Assembly (NCBI GenBank): GCA_951406725.2
Contig: OX597832.1
Span: 39,556,001-39,620,000 of the forward strand
From: Octopus vulgaris
Taxonomy: Eukaryota
Direction of reading: 5' to 3'
Length of the DNA stretch: 64,000 nt
Part shown: positions 31,197 through 45,509 of the stretch, in pieces
Position numbering within the stretch: position 1 is the stretch's first letter
Layout: every line of letters starts with the position of its first letter
Translations under genes and position numbers: made by a program
Notes under the pieces: model-generated
The model's database searches: none
The model's input: only the letters and a program-made list of their open reading frames with translations
What the model was told of the DNA's origin: nothing

Positions 31197-32090
31197 GGCA
31201 GTAGGAAAAGAAGAGAAAGAATAATAAAAATACGGGAGTGATATGACACACAGTAGGATGTTGGTGGAATCCTCTTATACGAAAGAAAACAATTGTTTGA
31301 ATTTGAAAATTAACCCGCAAATATTTTCATTTATGATAATAAAATGTCTGATATGCTACTATTTGATGATTGCGTTAAAATATAGAATATTCTGAATAAG
31401 CACAAAGTGCATTTTCTTGTTTTATTGGTGTAGATCTTTGTCCAGATTACTCTACGTTATAGAACTGTTTTTGATTCCATTATCCCTTAATTTTCAAATG
31501 TTTTTTTTTTGTATCTAAAGGAATATTTGTGTTGATAGTATCCAATTTTAAATATGTTCGCCATAAGTCCTATTTAATTCCTCTCAATGCTAACAGCAAT
31601 GATTATGCCTGATCTATATATCAACTACTAACACAAGTACAGTCCTTTAAGAGAGCAATTCCCATACCTTACATCACAATTTAAGACACACAGTCAGTCA
31701 TGCCTACCACAAAAAAATTCTACTGTTAATTTTTTGAGATTTTTTGAGATCACTGTATAGGTTTTACAAGTGAGAAAGACTTTATAAAACTTCTCGGATT
31801 TTATCTCCCTATCGTCATCTCCTGGTTATTCTTCACCGAATAGTATACAAAAAGTTAATTCTGTCACAAGAGTTTTTTATCGTTACCACTTATGCCTATG
31901 AAGTATCATTTAGTTTTTCTGCTGTTCTGTGATCAGAAACACATTATATCTGGATAAGATATTAATGTATGCATACATGTATTTTGATATATACATTAAT
32001 GTGCCTACTTTTAGAGTCTGTTTATTATATACGTGTGTGTAAAAATGCAAATGCATATATATATATGTGTATACATATATTTATGTATAC

Positions 32091-32157
<67 letters not shown>

Positions 32158-32502
32158 ATACGAACATATATGTACGTTTATAGTTATGTATGTATATATA
32201 ACGCACAAATATCGCATCAACATTTCACGTGCAACTCTCGTGTAGCTAGGATGAATAAATAAATATCAGTAATTATAGTGGCAGTTTAAAACGCTGACCT
32301 TTTGCTTAATAAAACAAGAATAATATTAAATCAATATTCGTTGCATAGAGTTGCTGGAAGTTCATCTCAGTAATGGTCGTTTCAAAGTATATTTATGTCA
32401 TCTGTTAAGATAAATGCCAATACTATATCTATCTCGGAATCTAGAACTTCTGCAATATTTGCTAATACTCTGCTAGGCAGAAATCTCCTATACTTGTATT
32501 AC

Positions 32503-32688
32503 TACAGTTCTATATTTAAGAGATGACCAATTACGTACATTATTTACATTATTTACAATTGACGGATATTTGTCGTCATCATCTTGTTTGTTGTTAACAC
32601 CACATTTCGGCTGATATACCCTCCAGCATTCATCAGGTGTATTGGGGAAATTTCGAACTTGGGTTCTCGTTCCTAAGGTATTTTTCGA

Positions 32689-32690
<2 letters not shown>
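32503..32690 (-). mobile_element. Penelope-like terminal module with decayed minimal hammerhead
   Basis: Minus strand 32597-32640 reads ACAC-CTGATGA-atGCTG-gagggtatat-CAGCc-GAAA-TGTG-GTGT. It abuts (TAT)n/(TAG)n. The cleavage triplet is GUG. Confidence 0.7.
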
Positions 32691-32786
<96 letters not shown>

Positions 32787-34164
32787 ATTCATGAAATGGA
32801 TGAAGTTAAAATGTAGGGACTCATACATTGGATCATCTTCCTTATATCATAGAAATATTGTGTATTTCTCCTGAAAACCCTACTTAATTATATAGAATCT
32901 CTGTTGGCAAAGTTGACCATGTTTCTGCATATGTATGTGCACGCTTGGACAAGGCGAGAAAGACGTGCAGTTGTCCATGCATATAAGTCTCTTTCTGCCC
33001 CCCACCACAGATGTCATTGAAGGGAAAGACCGCTGATTTGGGCGGATACAACTTGACACCCGCGTCGACGATGGTGTTACCGTGGGAACGTAAAAGAAAC
33101 AAAATATCGAAAAGCATCTTGTCTATTCCATCGCTCCAGATTAATTCTTTTATATCGACACCGAAAGGATGAAAGGCAAGATTTGTTTCGTCAAAATTTG
33201 AACTCGGAGTGCAGAGGCTCAGAACAAATAACTTCAGGCAGTCTGTCCTTTGCTCAAACGACACCACTCATGCGTTGACTTACTAAATGATACAACCAGA
33301 GATATAAAATTTCCCAGATTGGTTCCCTCCACCACTCACTGCTCTTGTCATGTAACATACAAATAGTTTTAGACTTTAATCTTGTCTTATATCCACTGAT
33401 ACTGTTGTGAGCATCACACAGGAATCGGCGTAGCAGAGAAACATCGCGGTCTAAGTTTCGATCGATGGCCTTCACACGACGAATAACGCTACACTTTTAG
33501 AAAACACACACACGCACAGAGAAAGTCCCACACATACACACACATATACAGATGAGCACAGACATTCGGGCACATAAACATGTACAACAGATGATTTGTT
33601 CCACAACAAAATCGGAAATGGATCAACTTGACATCGTGTTTGAGACAAGAAGATCACTTGAACATCCAAGACACGATCAATCATATCTCTCCACTCCATG
33701 ACGTCACCAAATTAAGCATTCAGCAGACGTTTCATGGCGCGGTGTGCCTCCGTTTGTCTCTTCACATTTAACTGACAGAACAAGTAAAAAGATTCCACCA
33801 ACTACAGCAATATATTCGTGTTTATTCGTTTCCAGCATTTCATCTCTTTCAAGTAACATTATCGACGTATTAACATTATCAAAGGAGGGATAACTACGAT
33901 TCCTCTTCCAACATTTACCAACGTGTTTACATTATCAAAGTGTCATCTATGACTCGACTTCCGCCATCAATATTCAGATGAGAGGGGAGTGGAAATCAGA
34001 AGAAAAAAAAATTGCACTAGATTTAGTCTTGCATACTGTTGACAACACACACACACACAAATATAGATATAAACATATAAATAGATAGAAGTATGTGTAT
34101 TATCAATATATGTGCATCCGTGTGTGTGTGTATGCAATGTATACATGTGTGTATATACACACAC

Positions 34165-34259
<95 letters not shown>

Positions 34260-34421
34260 TATATGTAATGTCTACATGTATATATATATTTATATATCTT
34301 TATGTTATATGCATATACATATCAATATCTATATGTCTATATTAAATCTATCGGTGTTTATTTATGTCAGTATACATGGATGCATACACACACATACACA
34401 TACATACTTAGATATTTACGG

Positions 34422-34487
<66 letters not shown>

Positions 34488-34866
34488 CGGTTTGTAGGGT
34501 ATACTTTATACTTATACAATAATTCGCGCATGCTTTTAAACATAAACGTGAAGATGTATGCACAAGCTCACACACCCACACAAGTCCACGCACATGTACA
34601 CATACATACACACATTCACATACACAGACACAAACTCACAAGCATATAATTTCAAGAATTCCAACTCAAACCGAACACTGAAGAACAACGTATTTATGCA
34701 ATATATCTGGTAACTAAAACCACATCTTTTTACAAAATATTGACTGCTGAACTTACTCAACGTATATAAACGTTATCACATTTCACGTGCGTTTAGTTGG
34801 CTATTTTTCATTAGTTTTAGTTATTGAACCGTGACCATGCTGGAGTAACGCCTTCTATGGTATATA

Positions 34867-35098
34867 AGGCGGCGAGCTGGCAGAAACGTTAGCACGCCGG
34901 GCGAAATGCGTGGCCGTATTTCGTCTGCCGTTACGTTCTGAGTTCAAATTCCGCCGAGGTCGACTTTGCCTTTCATCCTTTCGGGGTCGATTAAATAAGT
35001 ACCAGTTGCGCACTGGGGTCGATGTAATCGACTTAATCCGTTTGTCTGTCCTTTTTGTCCCCTCTGCGTTTAGCCCCTTGTGGGTTGTAAAAAAATAT
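34867..35098 (+). mobile_element. Well-preserved tRNA-derived SINE with Meta-type core
   Basis: GGCGGCGAGCTGGCAGAAACG (A box), GAGTTCAAATTCC (B box), core GTCGACTTTGCCTTTCATCCTTTCGGGGTCGATTAAATAAGTACC. Confidence 0.9.
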
Positions 35099-35114
35099 GT
35101 ATAGATGCCTAATA

Positions 35115-35328
35115 TTGGTTTCATATTTTAGCACAAGGTCAGCAACTTCAAGGGAAGGAGTAGATCGGTTACATCGACCTCAGCATTCAACTGGTACTTA
35201 TTTTATCGACCCCGAAAGGATGAGAGATAAAGTCAACCTCACCGGAATTTGAACTCAGAACGTAAGGACGAACGAGATGCCACTAAGCATTTTCCCGGCA
35301 TGTTAACTATTCTGCCAGCTCGCAGCCT
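35115..35328 (-). mobile_element. Meta-core SINE, inverted relative to its neighbour
   Basis: Reverse complement of the same head and core. Confidence 0.85.
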
Positions 35329-36506
35329 TGTAGTTGCCTCATATTGATCCCAGGACTTATGTTGTTCATGTTAATGTTGTTTGATCGCAGATGTTGTTGT
35401 GTGACCTGATCAAGCAAGCCTATAGCCGGTCAACTATAGGAGGTCGTTAACTAGGTCTTTAGTCTAGCGGTACCTGGTTCAACCCGACTTATATGTTGTG
35501 CGTGGGGTTCTGTATTCAACTTCAGGACCAGAACTCACCAATCACCTCACTCCACATTGCCCTTAATTCGAAACTCTGGTTCCGTTTCAATTTGACTCAA
35601 CCTTTTCTTCCACAGAAATATGTCTCCAACAAGAGCTCCCGTCTTACAAACAACCTCTGGGCAGTTTAAGCTTAACTGTTAACACAGTAGCTATTACACT
35701 GCCATCTGCAACTTTCTGTCATGGACGGCTTGAATGGCTGCGAGCATTGACCGTTTTTAATCAGACTGATCGAGAAATCAAAACAAAATAAAAGAAAAAC
35801 AACAATAATATCTCAGTGAAGAAGAACTGACGTAGTTGAACTTCTTACACAAAATTATATTTGACCTAACCCCAATTGATTCCGCAGAATGATTAATGGT
35901 TTATGTATATATACATCTCTTATTTCCTATTCTGCCAAGCCAGAGCTAAATATTGTAAAGTCGCCACCTTCTAGCTAACCCCATAACGTCAAAAGGTCAA
36001 ATAACTGGAAAAACAAAAAGTAAAAGAAATATAAAAAAAAAATTATTCCTATTTTCTTAATTTCATTTTTAAAAATGTCAAAAAATTCTGCGAAGCAAAT
36101 TTTAACCAGGGAAGCCAAAGCGTAAATATAAGACAAGATAATTCTTTGACATAATGCCATCGGGTCGGATAACCATTTTTCCTCGTTGGAGCCTTCGATT
36201 CAATAAAATTTAAGACATCACGTCTGACTCGATTAAGCTTCTTGTCAGAACCGATATTTTATTCCGTTTATATTCATGAACAAACTAGAAAAACAGGACA
36301 TTTTCCTCTAAATACCTTGAACTACCCACGACATATTTTTGAGATTTCATTCTTCATGACCTGTCCTTGTAACTTGTTGATGAAGGTCTACATTACTTTT
36401 TCATTTAATCCGCTAGAAATAGCAGGTAAATCTTCTTTAAATCACACTCTACTGTTTTGAAAATCGCAGGACACGTTAGATAATATAGGATAGGAAATAA
36501 AAAAAT

Positions 36507-36561
<55 letters not shown>

Positions 36562-37156
36562 GTAGATAGATACACATACATATATGCGATGGGATTCTTA
36601 TACACACATACACATATACATATACACACCAAAACACACACAAATGTGTATGCATAAATATACATACATATTTACATACATACACACATACATGCATACA
36701 TACATACATACATACATACATACATACATACATACATACATACATACATACATACATACATACATACATACATACATTCGTACAGCATTCATTTACTGCA
36801 TCTGTTAAAACGAGAGCCATACTCTTATTCTTCACAATTCTTTCAAACAATTTTTTTCATCACAAATAAGTACTACCAAATGTTGAATAATTCTGCCGTT
36901 AAACAATTTTATTCTACTATGCCTAATTTATAATCGATTAAATCAACCAATAATCACTCTAAATTAAACAGGTATGATGTTAATTCCAAGCAGACCAAAA
37001 ATTATAGATTTAATAGTAATTGTCCATCTGAATATTTTTAGTTGTAATAGTTTAAATTACGATCGTAATTGTTACCAGAGTATTAGTTGACATATTAATA
37101 ATGATAGAATCAATAGCAATGATAACATATATAATAACGACAATAACAATAATAAC

Positions 37157-37251
<95 letters not shown>

Positions 37252-37255
<4 letters not shown>

Positions 37256-37443
37256 AACACCAGGACTTACAACAACATATAACATACAGAAAATTGCACT
37301 ACTAGGCACTGCACACATCCTACGCAGAACACTTTCCATACAATAACCATCAGAGCATCACAACAAATCACAGCACATACCCAAGGCACACAGAGCTGCG
37401 CTCGGTAGTGAAGTGAAAGCACGCTATAAAAATAAAACTAGTA
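37252..37443 (+). mobile_element. 5'-truncated Dong/R4-like non-LTR retrotransposon 3' end inserted in (TAA)n
   Basis: Encodes IQKIALLGTAHILRRTLSIQ*, typical of the C-terminus of R4/Dong RLE ORFs, followed by a short 3' UTR. (TAA)n on both sides matches the known Dong target. Confidence 0.85.
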
Positions 37444-37490
<47 letters not shown>

Positions 37491-37545
37491 CGGTTTCAAA
37501 TTTTGCCACAAGGGCAGTAATTTCGGGAGAGGGGATGATGCTTAC

Positions 37546-37674
37546 AGTGAGAGGTGTACAAACTTTGTAACACTGAAGTTGCTGTCATATATTGATTATA
37601 AAAGAGATTCCATCCGTGACCAGACGATTGGTTTTCAACACATACTCCAAGCACACCTTGTTCTGTGGCTGTCG
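37546..37674 (-). CDS. Candidate internal exon, phase 1-1, 129 nt
   Basis: Acceptor tatttcctctttAG, donor CT|GTAAGC, open frame TATEQGVLGVCVENQSSGHGWNLFYNQYMTATSVLQSLYTSH. Confidence 0.35.
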
Positions 37675-37994
37675 CTAAAGAGGAAATAACCATTCCGAAA
37701 TGATTGCATCTCACAGTCTGGCTAGGTGGCGCTGTGAGCTGATTTTAAGTGTATTTACATAATTTGTCTGCATCGAGAAATTTTCTCCATGACAAAACAC
37801 AGTGAATGGTTATCTTGAGGGTTCGAATATGCTCCAAGCATATTTGAACCGGTGATAACCTTGCATTAATTATATAGTCCAATGTTTTATAACTATAAAA
37901 TATGGTATGCAAGATATGCTTGAAAGAGATTTAGCTGCTATTTCCAGCCGCTCATTTAATTCACCTTGATATATATATATATATATATATATAT

Positions 37995-38314
37995 AGGAAA
38001 TGAAGAAAATGCTGACAAAATAATTTAAGTAAGGGGGAGTGTAATTAATTAGGTGAAAGTTCTTTTTACCGGTTGCGCATTTGTTATGCTTATCAAAAGA
38101 TATTTTTTAAGAGAGATAGAGTTCCTTTCTGATAGATTTTTTTCTCTATCTCTCTTTAAAAAATATCTTTTGATAAGCATAACAAATGCGCAACCGGTAA
38201 AAAGAACTTTCACCTAATTAATTACACTACCCCTTACTTAAATTATTTTGTCAGCATTTTCTTCATTTCCTTTTTTATATATCACAACTCGTGTTACACA
38301 TCTCCTTTTTTAAA
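37995..38314. mobile_element. TA-embedded fold-back element 3 with hammerhead-like variant in both arms
   Basis: Arms 37995-38121 and 38144-38271 are near-perfect, with a 22-nt loop, a tail at 38272-38314 and (TA)n on both sides. 38170-38204 reads TTGATAA-GCAT-aacaa-ATGC-GCAA-CCGG-TA. Confidence 0.8.
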
Positions 38315-38387
38315 TATATATATATATATATATATATATACGTTCATAACTACACGCGCGCACACACACGCACACACACACACACAT

Positions 38388-38445
<58 letters not shown>

Positions 38446-39658
38446 CACATATATATATATATACACTCACACACATATAAATTCACAATAGTCCATACAT
38501 GCCTCTAAACTATACAACGCATCATATATAGGTCCACATTTTAGATTTCAATCCTGTATACGCCTACACTATAGCCCATACAGATGTGTGTGTATGTGTG
38601 CGTGTATGTGTGTGTGTGTGCGTGTGTGTGTGTGCGTGTGTGTGCGAGTGCGTGTTTTACATCCATACACTACTCCTCACTCTATAAGCTACAACCTATT
38701 AACTATTAACATGTCCACACTAACACACATATACCAGTTCCATTCTTCTAAATAATAAATCAAAGAGAAACGATCAATATTTGGTGGCTTTACTTGTTTG
38801 CGTAGACATTTTATATGTCTGTTTGATTTCTTCTCTTCCCCCCCCCCCGGTCATTGTATTTACGAACGCTTACAATCTGTGAAGGAACTTCTGTCTCTCG
38901 TCGAAATAAGAAAATGTTGCAGCCACAAAATCGACACATACTCCTCCAGCACCGCCTTAATCCATCAACGCCATCGCCATTATCGGCTTCGCAAGCACAC
39001 AAGAGACTTGATCCCTAATGAAGTATATCTATCTATTTTTGCTCTTTATTTATTGTCCACACGGTTCTCATTACCTTGGATTCATCAATAGTCACGTTTC
39101 TGCTAAAAGAAAAACCTTGTCAGTTACTGCTTTGTGTAATGGCTGCGTTTCATCAGTGACAAATTCTCAAAATTTGTGATTTTATTTTTTTCATTTTCTT
39201 TCTTTTTTCCTTTTACCTCTCTCTCTCTCTCTCTCTCTCTCTCATTCTATTCCCATTCCGTTCTGCTTAACTCTGCTCTTGCATCTAATAATTATCTTTA
39301 GTGTTCTCTTTAAAATTCCTGCAAAAATAAAGATCTTAGGAGGGTCTTAAGATGCGAAACCGTATTAAATCTTGAAAGGAAAACGAAACCGCAAATTGAA
39401 AGGACGCTAATTAAGAAAGATCTTGAATTACGCATGAATTTCATTAAGGAAAAGCAACTTTTAAATGAACCTGAATGTAGGTGTGAAATTATGAGCAGAG
39501 ATAAGGTTGTGAGACTAAGAAGCTTAATTCTTATCCTACCGTTTTGTTCCAGGTTCGATCTCATCACGTGTGGCATCTTAGGCAAATGTCTTCTACGGTA
39601 ACCGAGGGTTGACCAATGCCTTGCGAATAGAACTGGTCAACGATAACGCCCTGTGAGA

Positions 39659-39690
<32 letters not shown>

Positions 39691-39796
39691 CCATTGTTAG
39701 GTGGAATGCGATCCCAGAATACAGGAAGGAAAATGTAAGTTAGAGTTAGGCCAACTATCTTGACGAAGATGTGTATTGGAGAATGGAGAAATATAT

Positions 39797-40240
39797 AACT
39801 AAATATCCTTAAGATCTTTTTATCATATCATAAAAATGATTGGAACACGATGAAAATAGCTTATCATGTCCATGTTCTTGAAGTCTTCAGTTCAATCCCC
39901 ACCCACGATTAACTTGGCCGTTTATAATATTAAGAAATTACCTAGAACTGATGGTGATGGTGATGGTGGTTCTTACACGGACCTTAGAGATATCGATGTG
40001 TATTGGGGAATGGAGAAATATATATTTCTTTGTTGCCCAAAGGGGGCTGAACATAGGAATGGGGAAATATAGCCTTGTTACATTTGTACTGGGTTTGAAA
40101 TGTTGTTTTTGATTAGTAAGCGTGAGTGAAACTGGTCCGAAGAAAAGAAAAGAATAATAATGGAAACGAGAATCGAAACCTTAGGACCGATGAAAAGTTT
40201 AGGCAGCACATGACCATCACATTACTGGGGGAAGTGGAGG
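39797..40240 (+). repeat. About 440-bp dispersed duplication, copy 1
   Basis: Highly similar to 58435-58880 in the same orientation. Confidence 0.9.
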
Positions 40241-40267
40241 AATAAGAAGAAGAACAACAACAACAAG

Positions 40268-40308
<41 letters not shown>

Positions 40309-40749
40309 AAACACAAAGAACAAGAAGAACAAGAACAAGAAGGGCAAGAACAAAAACTGTTTCGCGAGTCGGGTGAGCACCAGAAACCCCTAAATCCGTC
40401 AAACCTCGAATGATGTTTCACACGAACAAAAGGCGTGTTAATACGACCTTGATTAAAGTCGATTTAAAAACAATTAATTACGTCTAGTGTGAAAAGTAAA
40501 TGTGGTGTTAGAGCGAACAACAGATTGATTTAGTCGGAACCCAAAGTTTTGAAAGTTGTGCACCCAAGCGTAAATCTCATTTCTCTCTTCTGGACTTAAA
40601 TTAATTACTAATTAAACACCAGAAACACCAATCAAGAATTATTTTTGCCGAAGGCAAATGAACCATGGATAGACATAAACACACCTATGGGTCTATGCAT
40701 TTGTACGCTCGGCTGTGTGTGCGCGTGTGTGTATATGTGTGTGTGTGCA

Positions 40750-40807
<58 letters not shown>

Positions 40808-41033
40808 TACATGTATATACTAATATCCGAACATATACACGTAAGTACATACCCATACCCGCAGACAAAATTTTGTTCTTCCATATATTACGCATGCGTA
40901 TGAATATTAAGAATACATGTTATACACAAAACATAGTTATACACACAAATATATACACCCAAACAAATGCATAGACATATATATTTTATGTGTGTGTATA
41001 TGTGTGTACATATATATGTGTATGTATGTATAT

Positions 41034-41108
<75 letters not shown>

Positions 41109-42199
41109 ACATATAAATACGTGTGTATGTGTACGTATGTATGTATGTATGTATGTATGTATGTATGTATGTATGTATGTATGCATGTTTGCATGTATGT
41201 ATATATATATGTATACTTGCATGTATGTATGTATACATTTGGGGGACTCTCCTGTCGAAGACGACGAATGAGCGTCAATCTTTTTGCCGAACGACCTACA
41301 CAAATGGATTGTTTATAGTGATCAAACGTTCGTGCCGCATATTAGCTCACTCCCGCCATCAAATTAACGTTGTCTGAACAGGTGCACGGTGTGCCACACG
41401 TCAGGTGTCAAAGTGATCGCAGAGCAGCATGAGATAAAGTGTTTTGCTCAAGATTACAACGCACCACCCGGTGCATATATATAACGATGATATACATATT
41501 TTAACTGGTATGTAGCAGTTAAAATAAGAAGAAATATATCATCAATTAGTTGAAATTTGATGTTCAGTTATCCAGTCTGTAGGTAGCTAAATTCATCTTT
41601 TGTTGACAGCTAGAAAACTTATGGAAAAAAGAGAGTAAGAGGGTTTAGAAAAATTGAGAACTATGTAGTCCCTCGCGTAAAGGGCTTTCTCTGTCGGCGC
41701 CGAAAGGACAGAGGAAAGAAGAACCGAATTTAATTACTGTATTTTGGAAAACTGGATGTAGAACAGAGAACAATGGAAAATAAATGTATTTAATCCTTGA
41801 ATGTTAACTTGAACAATAGAACTTAAGTAATTGTGAGAGTTTACGCTCGTAAATTGCTAAGTGCAAAAGCCGAGAACAATAGGAAGGGAACTTGTAGAAA
41901 AACATAGATTCCGATTCAAATACTGGCTTGGAATAGAGGAAGCTATTCGTTAAATACATACACGCATATATATGTGTATATATATATATATAAACATCAA
42001 GGTGTGTGTGGTGTGTGTGTGCATATGTGTGTGTGTGTGTGTTTGCTTGTTTGCCTTTGTCCTCCTCTATCGCTTAACAATCGATGATGGTTGTTTACGT
42101 CCTGGTAACCTAGCGGTTCGGCAGAAAGAGACTGCTCGAATAAGTACCAGGCTTTAAAAAGATAAGTACTGGAGACGATATTTTCGATTAAACCCTGAA

Positions 42200-42885
42200 C
42201 GAGATTCAAAAAACAGACGCCTCGAAGTGTGCTCCTGACTTGTGATGAGAAATGGACGCTTTGACAACAGCAGGAGAACAGAACAGAAATTAGATGCGAG
42301 AGAGTCATCCAAACACTACCCAAACCCACTATTGCACCCTAAAACGCTAATGGTCACTGTATGGTGGTCTGCGAAGGGAGTTATTCATTATTCATTTTTG
42401 AAACAATGAAAAACAGTAGCAGCAACATCATTTTGCCAAGAAATACGATGCATGAGAATTTGAAACAGAAGCAACCTAGACTAGTGAATAGAGATGGCCC
42501 AAGTTTTGCTCCACGACAATGCACGTCCTCACACTCCCCAAGCTACGGTCCAAAAGTTGCAAAGCCTGAATTATGAGACCTTTCAACATACTCCCTATTC
42601 CCTTGATATCTCTATTACTGATGATCACTTATTTAAGCATTTCGAGCTTTTCATACGTAATAAATCATTCTTAAATAGAGAAGAGGTAATTGAAGCATTC
42701 GTACAGTTTATCACAGCAAAAGATGAATTGTTTTTTACAGATGGAATATATGATATAGAGAAACGTTGGGTAAACGTCGTAAATGAACCTGGATCATACT
42801 TTGATTAAATAAATCAGTTCTCTAACACTTCTGAAACATTTTATTGTTACCTTTCAAATACGACATTTCATGTGAAACAACCTAA
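42200..42885 (+). mobile_element. Mariner (D,D34D) transposase C-terminal remnant plus 3' TIR
   Basis: TCDEKW, LHPKTLMVTVWWSAKGVIHY and LHDNARPH...YSLDISITDDHLF, with 34 residues between the second and third D. It ends CGACATTTCATGTGAAACAACCTAA|TA and is frameshifted. Confidence 0.92.
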
Positions 42886-43413
42886 TAGAAACATTCAGAT
42901 ATACATTTAAAAACAACAGCAACAACACATTTTATATACTTCTTTAAACACGTAGAGATATGTTGCCCGGATGACTATTGAACACCAAACTCGTTTTAAT
43001 ATATAAATACAAATGCATTTAATTAATCTCTTTGAAATTTTTGACATCATTTGTCAAATATGATACGACACGCGCGCATGCTGACACGCGCACACACACA
43101 CACATACACATTTATACATATATATAAAAGAGAGTTGTGTGTGTGTGCGTACGTATGTTCTTTATACAAAACAACACCGAGTTGCCGACTTTGATGTTTG
43201 GGGTATCAAAAGATTCAGTACTATTTCCGCTACCAACTAAATTTTATTTTCATTGACATATTTCCATTACAAAAATTTAGAATTATAGTCTTTTCCATAA
43301 CTCAACTATCGTAAACATTTTATACGACGACGACGATGATGACGTCACATTTTCTATATGAGTGTGTACCTTAAAAGACACCCATCATTACGACACACAC
43401 CTTTATTCACTCA

Positions 43414-43498
<85 letters not shown>

Positions 43499-43549
43499 AT
43501 TTCATATACACGTACATACATCTTTCACTTTCCCATTTCCTTAACTTTC

Positions 43550-43610
<61 letters not shown>

Positions 43611-43704
43611 TTTCGCTTTCTCTTTCCTTTCAATTTCTGCTCTCCTCAAAGCATAAAGAAATTAATTTTTACGGAATGACCGAACGAAACACAGAATGAG
43701 AAAA

Positions 43705-43735
<31 letters not shown>

Positions 43736-44834
43736 AAGACACAGAGACAGAAAACAAGTATTTATAGGAGAAGTTGAAAGACGGATAGCGGGTGAGAGAC
43801 AGACGCTGATGTTTCATACCCTGAGTATGTTCTATAGTTGAAAGTGAAAGAAATCCGACATAAAGCTGATACTGTATATTCTATAGGTAAAGGTGAAAAA
43901 AAGCGGCACAAAGAGAGGGGGAAAGCGGGAGAGAAGGGGACACCGAGAATCTCAGAAATGAGGTCGTGTCGTACAATTTTAAGGTCACCTTCATCTTCGT
44001 CCCATGTTTCACGCGTGAGTAGAATTAGGCATTATCTTTCTCTTTCAATTTCTCATGATAATGTACGGAGACATTCTGCTGTTAACATATTACAACTTCA
44101 CTACATTTCCTTTTTAGGGAATTAGGAAATGTATGCAAAAATAACTTCCTTTTATACACACACACACACACACACACAGTTAAAGTTCTGTATGAATTAT
44201 GTTATTTTTTGCTGTGCACTAAATTACAGCTCAAATCCTATGGAAATTGTCTTTTCCTATTCTGTCGTTCCCGTTTGTGATGAGCACATTTCAAAACCTG
44301 ATCTTCCATTTAAACTTACAGGGAAGTTACCTCAGTAATCCTGTACTTTACCTGTTGTTTCTAGCATATCTGAGATGACATTTTCATACCCCCGCCCCAC
44401 ATATTTCCTTCTTCAATTTACTCACATTCCTATGTTTTCCACACAGGAGATTTGCTTTTCGCCCGAAAGCAAGTAGTTGATGGGTGGCCGAGGTGGAAGA
44501 AAAACATTCAGAATTTCTTTTAGAAAAATTCAATTTTCAAAAACAAATTACATTTCCTACTTTTGTAATCTCTGTATTTTTCCACGGGCATAAAAATAAA
44601 ATTCTCAAAACAGTTAAAAATTATGAAACTTCAGCGGGGAAGGGGGGAGGGGATTATGATTTTGAAAACATGATTTCTGGGTAAAATCATATTAACCCCC
44701 TTTTTATTTCATGAAACAGTACATAGTTTGTGATCCTTCTTAAGAACATAAATCAAATTCATGCAAATTGTACCCTCATTTCACTTCTGGACAAAAAATA
44801 ACTTCCATTACACCAGTAATCCACTCCACTATAT

Positions 44835-45218
44835 GGAAGCACTCCGTCGGTTACGACGGCGAGGGTTCCGGTTGATCCGAATCAACGGAACAGCCTGCTC
44901 GTGAAATTAACGTGTAAGTGGCTGAGCACTCCACAGACACGTGTATCCTTAACGTAGTTCTCGGGGCTATTCAGCGTGACACAGAGAGTGACAAGGCCGG
45001 CCCTTTGAAATACAGGTACAACAGAGACAGGAAGTAAGAGTGAGAGAAAGTTGTGGTGAAAGAGTACAGCAGGGATCACCACCATCCCCTGCCGGAGCTT
45101 CGTGGAGCTTTTAGGCGTTTTCGCTCAATAAACACTCACAACGCCCGGTCTGGGAATCGAAACCGCGATCCTATGATCGCGAGTCAGCTGCCCTAACCAC
45201 TGGGCCATTGCGCTTCCA
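44835..45218 (-). mobile_element. Full-length young tRNA-derived SINE with RTE-like tail and 13-bp TSD
   Basis: A box TGGCCCAGTGG and B box GGTTTCGATTCC; direct repeat CACTCCACTATAT at 44822-44834 and 45219-45231. Confidence 0.9.
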
Positions 45219-45509
45219 CACTCCACTATATATCAGCTAACAGAATGCATTACACTTATCAAAACAGAACATAGCCAAATCATTCACAGAGTACCGCTTC
45301 TTCTCATAATAACGGTATACAAATTGACATATGAATTTTTCGACATCTTTTCATTCGTTACTTAAAAACCAAATTATAAAATGCACAACTTCGAATTTTT
45401 ATGTCTTCCATCTTATATGTTCCTTAATCGTTCGCTGTTTTTCAGCCATGCCACCAAAAGAAGATATTCTCATTTATCTCCACAAACAAGGGCCGCAAAG
45501 AAAACAGCC

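Noticed and set aside
35540-35770. Cys-rich minus-strand frame (CSQPFKPSMTESCRWQC) after a good acceptor
   Set aside because: An in-frame stop occurs before any convincing donor.
39866-40072. 68-aa ORF present in both duplicated segments (also 58504-58710)
   Set aside because: It overlaps a SINE remnant and a (GATGGT)n repeat; its preservation is explained by recent duplication.
45130-45218. tRNA-like sequences with A/B boxes (also 22520-22590, 30345-30400, 61560-61630)
   Set aside because: They are SINE heads that do not fold into a complete cloverleaf.
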